From the NCBI RefSeq assembly GCF_000011805.1, contig NC_006840.2: DNA of 32,000 nt. One strand, given 5' to 3'. The notes under the pieces were generated by a model. It was given only the letters and a program-made list of their open reading frames with translations. It had not been told where the DNA came from and searched no databases. The position numbers were made by a program, and so were the translations under genes. Below, piece by piece: positions 24,291 to 32,000 of this stretch (its first letter is position 1; every line of letters begins with the position of its first letter). This DNA comes from Aliivibrio fischeri ES114. Lineage in GTDB: Bacteria > Pseudomonadota > Gammaproteobacteria > Enterobacterales > Vibrionaceae.

Positions 24291-25289
24291 TTATGGTAAA
24301 TACCTCTGTGGATTTACCGATTTCCCTCTAAAGCGGATCTCAAAATGCAAACGTACACTGCTCGTACTAGAGCTTCCCATCGACGCGATTTTTTGTCCCG
24401 CTGTGACGTTTTGGCCTTCTTTCACAAATAATGCTTCGTTATGAGCATAAGCACTTAAGTAATCATCGTTATGTTTAATGATAATTAAGTTACCGTACCC
24501 TCTTAATGCATTACCTGCATAGACCACAGTTCCTTTTGCTGTTGAGATGATATCTTGACCACGCTGGCCTGCAATATCGATCCCTTTGTTTCCTTGGTCT
24601 CCTGTAGAGAATTTAGCGATGATTCGACCTTTTGTTGGCCATAACCAAGAATCCACCTTGTCCGATTTTTGTTGTACTGGTTTCGGCTTCGGTTTAGGAG
24701 TTGGTTTTGGCTTAGCAACCGGTTTAGGTTTCGAAGATGTTATCGTTTTGTTAGAATTAACATACTCCTTAGGTTTGCTGTTTTCAACCTTTTTTGTGCT
24801 TTCTTTTTGTACACTTGATGTTTTTTTAGCACTCGTTGTGGTTGGTTTTGGCTTAGGAGCAGGCTTATTTGTTGCGACAGGAACAACGGCAACCGCTGTC
24901 GCCGTCGAGCTTGAAGACGAATTAGATGGTGTGACTGAATGACCGTCACTGCCATAAGCAGGAGCAATATATTTAGGCCCCCACAATTTTATTTTTTGGC
25001 CAGGATGAATCATATAAGGCGCTTTAAGCTCGTTATATGCAATGAGCTCTTTTACGTCTTTATTTGTAACATAAGAGATAAAATAAAGAGTATCACCTTT
25101 CTCTACGGTGTAATAACTGCCGCGATAACTGCCTCGCTCGGCTCCGTTATATGCCGAACTAGAGCTATTAACACTCGACACTGGTGCAGGGCGATGTGGT
25201 CCCATAGAACAACCAGAAAGTAATAAGCTAACAACAGCAGCCATTAACCATAAGCGTATAGAAATAAGGTTGATAATCATTTTTCTCAT
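24291..25289 (-). CDS. nlpD: lipoprotein NlpD (LysM + M23 peptidase domain, murein hydrolase activator)
   Basis: Lipobox LLSGC, a LysM domain (YTVEKGDTLYFISYV...HPGQKIKL), a Lys/Pro-rich linker and a C-terminal M23 domain (GIDIAG...YGNLIIIKHNDDYLSAYAHN...LHFEIR). Confidence 0.9.
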   Translation of the reverse strand: MRKMIINLISIRLWLMAAVVSLLLSGCSMGPHRPAPVSSVNSSSSAYNGAERGSYRGSYYTVEKGDTLYFISYVTNKDVKELIAYNELKAPYMIHPGQKIKLWGPKYIAPAYGSDGHSVTPSNSSSSSTATAVAVVPVATNKPAPKPKPTTTSAKKTSSVQKESTKKVENSKPKEYVNSNKTITSSKPKPVAKPKPTPKPKPKPVQQKSDKVDSWLWPTKGRIIAKFSTGDQGNKGIDIAGQRGQDIISTAKGTVVYAGNALRGYGNLIIIKHNDDYLSAYAHNEALFVKEGQNVTAGQKIASMGSSSTSSVRLHFEIRFRGKSVNPQRYLP

Positions 25290-25293
25290 TATA

Positions 25294-25920
25294 TTATGCT
25301 AATTCACCCGCAACTAAAGGCACAAAACGAACCTCTTCAATCACTTCAGAGAAAAATTCCTCTCCCTGACGAGTAATTCGTAATAACTGCTGTGACTCTT
25401 CCCCTATAGGGATCACTAAATGTCCATTATCTTTTAATTGAAATAACAAGTCATTCGGAATAGATTCCGCTGCTGCAGTAACAATGATGGCATCAAATGG
25501 AGCTTTTGACTCCCATCCCTTCCAGCCATCACCATGCTTTGTTGAGACATTATATATATCCAATTGTTTCAACAATCGTTTCGCATTCCATTGTAACGAT
25601 TTTATACGCTCAATAGAGTTAACATGCTCAACTAATTTAGCCAATACAGCCGTTTGATAACCAGAGCCTGTCCCCACTTCAAGTACATTTGATGTAGGTG
25701 TTAGCTCTAATAATTCAGTCATTTTCGCTACAATATAAGGCTGTGAGATCGTTTGACCCTCACCAATAGGAAGTGCGTTATTTTGATAAGCTTGATGTGA
25801 TAAAGCTTCTGGGATAAAACGCTCTCTTGGTAATTCTCGAATAGCCGCTAAAATAGCTTCGTCTCTAATGCCTTGTTGGCGCAAAAATTGATCTAGTAAT
25901 TCAGAACGCGAATTAAGCAT
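25294..25920 (-). CDS. pcm: protein-L-isoaspartate O-methyltransferase
   Basis: 208 aa with the SAM-binding motif [16 protein letters not shown] and [10 protein letters not shown]. The start overlaps the surE stop by 1 nt. Confidence 0.95.
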   Translation of the reverse strand: MLNSRSELLDQFLRQQGIRDEAILAAIRELPRERFIPEALSHQAYQNNALPIGEGQTISQPYIVAKMTELLELTPTSNVLEVGTGSGYQTAVLAKLVEHVNSIERIKSLQWNAKRLLKQLDIYNVSTKHGDGWKGWESKAPFDAIIVTAAAESIPNDLLFQLKDNGHLVIPIGEESQQLLRITRQGEEFFSEVIEEVRFVPLVAGELA

Positions 25921-26693
25921 TATTTAGAACTCTCTAATGATAACCAATCAGTAATCATACCTAATGAATCATGAGCCGTTAAATCGACTTGTAATGGTGT
26001 TATTGATACTCGGTGCTGCTTTACAACAAAGAAGTCCGTTCCCTCACCTGCATCTTGTTTTTTGCCTGGAGGACCTAACCAATAGATGGTCTCACCACGA
26101 GGATCAGTATCTTTAATCATGCTCTCTGCATGATGCCTTGCACCAAGTCGTGTCACTTCCCAGCCCATTAATTGCTCATACTCACAATCTGGCACATTCA
26201 CATTTAATACTTTTTGTGTGGTTAGTGGGGAAACTAAATGGTTCTTAACTATTTTTAATGCTACTTGAGCTGCCGTATCAAAATGCTCGCGTCCAACCAG
26301 AGAGATTGCAATGGCAGGCAAACCTAAAAAGTGCCCTTCAGTAGCAGCCGCGACGGTACCTGAGTACAAGGTATCATCACCTAAATTTGCTCCATGATTG
26401 ATACCTGCAATAATCAAATCAGGCAAGTTATCTTTCATTAATTCATTCAATGCAAAGTGAACACAATCGGTTGGTGTCCCTTGCACTGAATGAATGTGTT
26501 CATCAATTTGACGAACACGTAATGGGGATTCAAGAGTTAAAGAATTTGATGCACCAGAACGATTACGATCAGGGGCTACTATCGTAATATCGGCAATATC
26601 AGCTAATACACGAGCTAACGTATTTATCCCTTCAGCAAATACACCATCATCGTTACTAAGCAAAATGCGTAACTTCTTCACTCTTGTCTCCAT
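25920..26693 (-). CDS. surE: 5'/3'-nucleotidase SurE
   Basis: Contains [10 protein letters not shown] chose the start at [12 protein letters not shown] (ATG 26691-26693), 8 nt downstream of the truD stop, and dropped the 20-codon extension in the ORF track. Confidence 0.9.
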   Translation of the reverse strand: METRVKKLRILLSNDDGVFAEGINTLARVLADIADITIVAPDRNRSGASNSLTLESPLRVRQIDEHIHSVQGTPTDCVHFALNELMKDNLPDLIIAGINHGANLGDDTLYSGTVAAATEGHFLGLPAIAISLVGREHFDTAAQVALKIVKNHLVSPLTTQKVLNVNVPDCEYEQLMGWEVTRLGARHHAESMIKDTDPRGETIYWLGPPGKKQDAGEGTDFFVVKQHRVSITPLQVDLTAHDSLGMITDWLSLESSK

Positions 26694-26700
26694 ATTAATA

Positions 26701-27756
26701 TTAATCGTTTGAGCTATAAGTACGCTCAACTTCAATTTCTTGTAGCAATTCACGTACGATTACCGTAGCAAAACTGCCTGAAGTTAATGAGAAGTTTAGC
26801 GTTAGCGTATCGCCTTCAGCTGACCATGTTAGGTTTTCAGGATGAAGCTCAATCGCACGACGTTCATGACGCATACGGTTACCACGAATTAACGCCATTA
26901 AATCAGGTTCAGCATCTAAATGAGGTTGTTCTAATGTCAGAGCTGTGCCTGTTGTTGGTAATTGATTATCTCCAGCCAATGCTGCTGTAATAGATAATTC
27001 ACCATTTTGAATCTTTTGAATGCTCTCTTCAGACGTTACATTCTCATTTACGATACGATCATTGCGATCAAGTAGAATATCACCATCAACAGGTTGAGAG
27101 AAGTAACCCTCTGTTATTCTTTGAGAAACAATGTGGTTAAAAATCCAAGAACGAGCTGCTGATAAATAAAAACTACGCTTGCTGTTATCACGAGTACGAA
27201 CATTATCTCGTCCCCAACGACGAGCTTCGTTAACGTTATTACCTTCATGTCCGAAACGTTGCGAACCAAAATAATTAGGAACACCTGCTAATTTTACTTT
27301 TTCTAGACGCGCTAACACATCGTCAATATCGGTGACTTCCGTTGCAATAACTTGGAACTGATTACCTTGTAAATCACCAGGACGTAACTTTTTGTTATGA
27401 CGAGTGACTTCTAAAATTTCAACACCGGGATGTGTTGCTTCAAATTTAGCAAAGTTTAATTCATCACTGTTAGCAACTTGAACACTTAACCATTGCTCTG
27501 TCACGGCATGGCGATCTTTCAACCCAGCCCAACTAACATTTTTAGATTTAACACCACAGAATTTTGCCAATTCATTAGCAACATATTTGGTATTTTCACC
27601 CGTTTTACGGATTTTAACCATTAAGTGTTCACCATTACCAGTGAACTCAAAACCTAAGATCTCTTTTACAATAAAGTGCTCAGGAAGTTGTTTTAATTTA
27701 CCTGTTGCTACTGGCTTTCCGTATAACCACGAAAAATTAGACATGATGTCTGACAT
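26701..27756 (-). CDS. truD: tRNA pseudouridine(13) synthase TruD
   Basis: 351 aa, collinear with E. coli TruD ([37 protein letters not shown]). Confidence 0.9.
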   Translation of the reverse strand: MSDIMSNFSWLYGKPVATGKLKQLPEHFIVKEILGFEFTGNGEHLMVKIRKTGENTKYVANELAKFCGVKSKNVSWAGLKDRHAVTEQWLSVQVANSDELNFAKFEATHPGVEILEVTRHNKKLRPGDLQGNQFQVIATEVTDIDDVLARLEKVKLAGVPNYFGSQRFGHEGNNVNEARRWGRDNVRTRDNSKRSFYLSAARSWIFNHIVSQRITEGYFSQPVDGDILLDRNDRIVNENVTSEESIQKIQNGELSITAALAGDNQLPTTGTALTLEQPHLDAEPDLMALIRGNRMRHERRAIELHPENLTWSAEGDTLTLNFSLTSGSFATVIVRELLQEIEVERTYSSND

Positions 27757-27767
27757 AAATCTATCTC

Positions 27768-28244
27768 TTAAGATGCTTTAACTAACAGCACTACTGCTTC
27801 ACAAGCAATGCCTTCTTTTCTACCGGTAAAACCCAAACGCTCAGAAGTCGTGGCTTTTACATTAACGTTATCTAGCTCTGTTTCTAAATCTTCTGCAATT
27901 GCATTACACATCGCTTGAATATAAGGAGCCATTTTAGGCGCTTGAGCAATGATAGTGACATCAGCATTTCCCAATGCAAAACCTTTCTCTTTTACACGAC
28001 GATATACATCTCGCAGTAAAGCACGGCTATCCGCCCCTTTCCACTTATCATCAGTATCAGGGAAATGACGCCCAATATCACCTTCTGCAATAGCACCAAG
28101 TAGCGCATCACATAACGCATGCAAAGCAACATCACCATCTGAGTGAGCAATTAAGCCTTGTTCATAAGGAACGCTCACGCCACCAATAATGACTGGGCCT
28201 TCGCCGCCAAATTTATGTACATCAAACCCATGTCCAATTCTCAT
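27768..28244 (-). CDS. ispF: 2-C-methyl-D-erythritol 2,4-cyclodiphosphate synthase
   Basis: 158 aa, with [10 protein letters not shown]...[11 protein letters not shown]... Confidence 0.95.
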   Translation of the reverse strand: MRIGHGFDVHKFGGEGPVIIGGVSVPYEQGLIAHSDGDVALHALCDALLGAIAEGDIGRHFPDTDDKWKGADSRALLRDVYRRVKEKGFALGNADVTIIAQAPKMAPYIQAMCNAIAEDLETELDNVNVKATTSERLGFTGRKEGIACEAVVLLVKAS

Positions 28245-28960
28245 TATTTGGTTTCCTTTTTCATTTTTTGAAGATAAAACTCAGCCAAATCGAGATCTTC
28301 TGGTTGGGTGATTTTTAAGTTATCGGCACGACCTTGAACCAGTTTAGGTTGATATCCCATTAACTCAATTGCTGAAGATTCATCAGTAATAGATAAATTT
28401 TGCTCTAACCCTGTTTGCAGGGCTGAGAACAACAACTCTGTTGTAAATAATTGTGGTGTTAACGCATGCCACAGCACGCTACGATCAATCGTTGTTTCAA
28501 TGCATTGTTCTTGAGTAGCATGTTTCATCGTATCTCGAACTGGCGATGCTAAGATGCCACCAATGTGTTCGGGGATCACTTCTGCAATTAATTTATCAAT
28601 GTCAGAATGGCGAATACAAGGGCGAGCAGCATCATGAACCATCACCCACTCACTTAATTGGTGCTCTTGAACGTACGATAGACCAGACAACACAGAATCC
28701 GCACGCTCTTTACCGCCAGAAACTCGAATCACTCGGCTATCATGAGCAAGAGTTAATTCTGGGAAATAAGGATCACCATCAGTAATAGCAACAACGACTT
28801 TATTAACTAAAGGGAAAGCTAATAACTGTTCGATGGTATGCTCTAAAACGGTTTTTCCATTTAATAATAGATACTGTTTAGGGCGATCGGCTTTCATTCG
28901 GCTTCCTACCCCTGCGGCAGGAACAATTGCAGTAATCGACAAAGGTGTAGTAAGAGTCAT
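28244..28960 (-). CDS. ispD: 2-C-methyl-D-erythritol 4-phosphate cytidylyltransferase
   Basis: 238 aa with [12 protein letters not shown]...PKQYL...VHDAARP. Its stop overlaps the ispF start by 1 nt. Confidence 0.95.
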   Translation of the reverse strand: MTLTTPLSITAIVPAAGVGSRMKADRPKQYLLLNGKTVLEHTIEQLLAFPLVNKVVVAITDGDPYFPELTLAHDSRVIRVSGGKERADSVLSGLSYVQEHQLSEWVMVHDAARPCIRHSDIDKLIAEVIPEHIGGILASPVRDTMKHATQEQCIETTIDRSVLWHALTPQLFTTELLFSALQTGLEQNLSITDESSAIELMGYQPKLVQGRADNLKITQPEDLDLAEFYLQKMKKETK

Positions 28961-28963
28961 TAA

Positions 28964-29248
28964 TTACCCCTCACTATTTTCATCAATAATTCGATAAAAT
29001 GTTTCGCCTTTTTTTATCATTCCCAATTCATGACGAGCTCTTTCTTCAATAGCTTCAGAACCTTTTTTTAAGTCATCAATCTCAGCAAACATCTGCTCAT
29101 TACGATTACGTAAACCTTGATTAACTTCTTCTTGCAAAGCGACGTCATTTGATACTTGCGCATAATCGGACATTCCATTCTTTCCAAACCATAAGGTGTA
29201 TTGCAACCACCCTAAAGCAATCAATAAGAAAATGGCAAATGTACGCAT
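28964..29248 (-). CDS. ftsB: cell division protein FtsB
   Basis: 94 aa with an N-terminal TM helix and a coiled coil ([43 protein letters not shown]). Confidence 0.9.
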   Translation of the reverse strand: MRTFAIFLLIALGWLQYTLWFGKNGMSDYAQVSNDVALQEEVNQGLRNRNEQMFAEIDDLKKGSEAIEERARHELGMIKKGETFYRIIDENSEG

Positions 29249-29332
29249 AATGGCTCCGAAAATAGGAAATGATAAAAGAAAGCTAACTATATCAATCCAG
29301 CATTAGAACTTCACTAGCTGTCTGACAGAAAT

Positions 29333-29361
29333 AAAAAAAACCGCCTCAAATGAGACGGTTT
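29333..29361 (-). terminator. rho-independent terminator of eno
   Basis: On the minus strand, ACCGUCUC-AUUU-GAGGCGGU is followed by U8. Confidence 0.85.
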
Positions 29362-29420
29362 TATATCGAAATTCTAATCGAACGATTAAGAATTAAAAAT
29401 CAAATCTTCAAAAATTGAGA

Positions 29421-30731
<1,311 letters not shown>

Positions 30732-30797
30732 TTACTTTTCTTTAATTTAAAAGCTAAAAATAGCCGCCCAACATTGGACAGCTACTCGTAAATCCTA

Positions 30798-32000
30798 TTA
30801 CTTTTCTAATTCACCGCGCACGCTTTCGCCTGCAGCTTTAACAAAACCTTCAAATAATGGGTGACCATCACGAGGTGTTGATGTGAATTCTGGGTGGAAT
30901 TGAGCTGCCACAAACCATGGGTGGTTAGGGATTTCAATAATTTCCACCAGCTTCTTATCAGCAGATAAACCAGAAACCTTAAGGCCTGCTTTTTCTAACT
31001 GAGGAAGTAAGTTGTTGTTTACTTCATAACGGTGACGGTGACGCTCTTCAACTGTTGCATTACCGTAAAGCTCACGAGCTTTTGAACCTTTAGCAAGATG
31101 ACATAGTTGAGAACCAAGACGCATTGTACCGCCAAGATCTGATTTCTCAGTACGCTCTTCAACATTACCTTCGCTGTCAATCCACTCAGTGATAAGACCA
31201 ACAACTGGGAATTTCGTGTCTTTAGAGAATTCAGAAGAGTGTGCCCCTTCCATATTAGCAACGTTACGCGCATATTCAATTAACGCAACTTGCATACCTA
31301 GACAGATTCCTAAATATGGTACTTTGTTTTCACGAGCGTATTGTGCTGCAAGGATCTTACCTTCAACACCGCGGTCACCGAAACCACCAGGAACTAGAAT
31401 TGCATCCAGACCTTCAAGGATTTCAGTACCTTTAGATTCTACATCTTGTGAATCTACATACTTAATAGTGACGCTTAAACGATTTTTCAAGCCCGCATGT
31501 TTTAATGCTTCGTTTACTGACTTATAAGCATCTGGTAATTCAATGTATTTACCAACCATACCGATAACAACATCACCAGTTGGGTTAGCTTCTTCATAAA
31601 TTACTTGTTCCCACTCAGAAAGATCAGCTTCAGGTGCTGTAATACCAAAGCGTTGACATACTAAGTCATCAGTACCTTGAGCTTTGATAAGTTGTGGGAT
31701 TTTGTAGATTGAATCTACGTCTTTCATTGAGATAACTGCTTTTTCTTGTACGTTACAGAAAAGAGCAATTTTCTTACGTTCGTTTGCTGGGATAACACGG
31801 TCAGAACGACAAACTAAGATATCAGGTTGGATACCGATAGATAGTAGTTCTTTAACTGAGTGTTGAGTTGGTTTCGTTTTCACTTCACCAGCAGCGGCTA
31901 GGTAAGGAACCAGTGTTAGGTGCATAAACATTGCACGCTCACGGCCTAGTTCTACTGCTAGTTGACGAATCGCTTCCATGAAAGGTAGAGATTCGATATC
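30798..32000 (-). CDS. pyrG: CTP synthase PyrG, C-terminal about 400 aa (5' end lies right of the window)
   Basis: The frame stays open past the listed Met to the window edge ([13 protein letters not shown] matches the middle of E. coli PyrG). The glutamine amidotransferase domain is present ([15 protein letters not shown]). Confidence 0.95.

Noticed and set aside
24677-24735. Short tandem-like nucleotide repeats (GGTTTn/GGCTTn units) that could be mistaken for a repeat element.
   Set aside because: They encode the KPKPVAKPKPTPKPKPKPV low-complexity linker of NlpD. This is a coding repeat, not a CRISPR array or mobile repeat.
24184-25223. ORFs overlapping rpoS and nlpD in other frames (24184-24444, 24503-24718, 24586-24942, 24740-24967, 24939-25223).
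   Set aside because: All are nested in or antisense to nlpD or rpoS. Their repetitive Gly/Phe/Leu or Gln/Lys-rich translations are mirror images of the NlpD Lys/Pro linker.
31019-31527. ORFs nested in pyrG (31019-31279 minus, 31189-31527 plus).
   Set aside because: These are shadow ORFs within a high-confidence gene.

Overview
This is a low-GC gammaproteobacterial chromosome segment with Vibrionaceae-type gene content and order. My best guess is an Aliivibrio/Vibrio-like organism, which I cannot verify here.

The right third (23.2-32 kb, all minus strand) is the conserved housekeeping block pyrG-eno-ftsB-ispD-ispF-truD-surE-pcm-nlpD-rpoS.

The left two thirds is a mosaic of small metabolic and transport units, most separated by hairpin terminators. 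In order, these are:
- a glycogen/maltodextrin group (a debranching-enzyme fragment, a GH13 cyclomaltodextrinase-type enzyme and a LysR regulator);
- a membrane-domain-only MgtE-like channel with a structured leader;
- a secreted alpha/beta-hydrolase translationally coupled to an anchored partner of unknown family;
- a triheme YhjA-type cytochrome c peroxidase;
- pdxY;
- the lysine-decarboxylase acid-stress genes cadA-cadB, with cadC separated from them by an opposite-strand alanine/glycine:cation symporter;
- a two-gene YeeE/YedE-type transporter;
- metA;
- a DcuB-type C4-dicarboxylate transporter;
- nupC;
- a 6-TM protein of unknown function.

I saw no tRNA, rRNA, CRISPR array, transposase, integrase or recognisable defence genes. 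I cannot honestly point to a clear new multi-gene system.

The observations most worth follow-up are:
1. The leader of the MgtE-like gene, which has an 18-codon Pro-Pro uORF and two mutually exclusive helices, one of which buries the Shine-Dalgarno.
2. The hydrolase plus anchored-partner pair.
3. Three adjacent loci (yeeE-like, metA, dcuB) that are each disrupted by exactly one extra nucleotide.
4. A 14-bp strand-asymmetric stem in the cadB leader.
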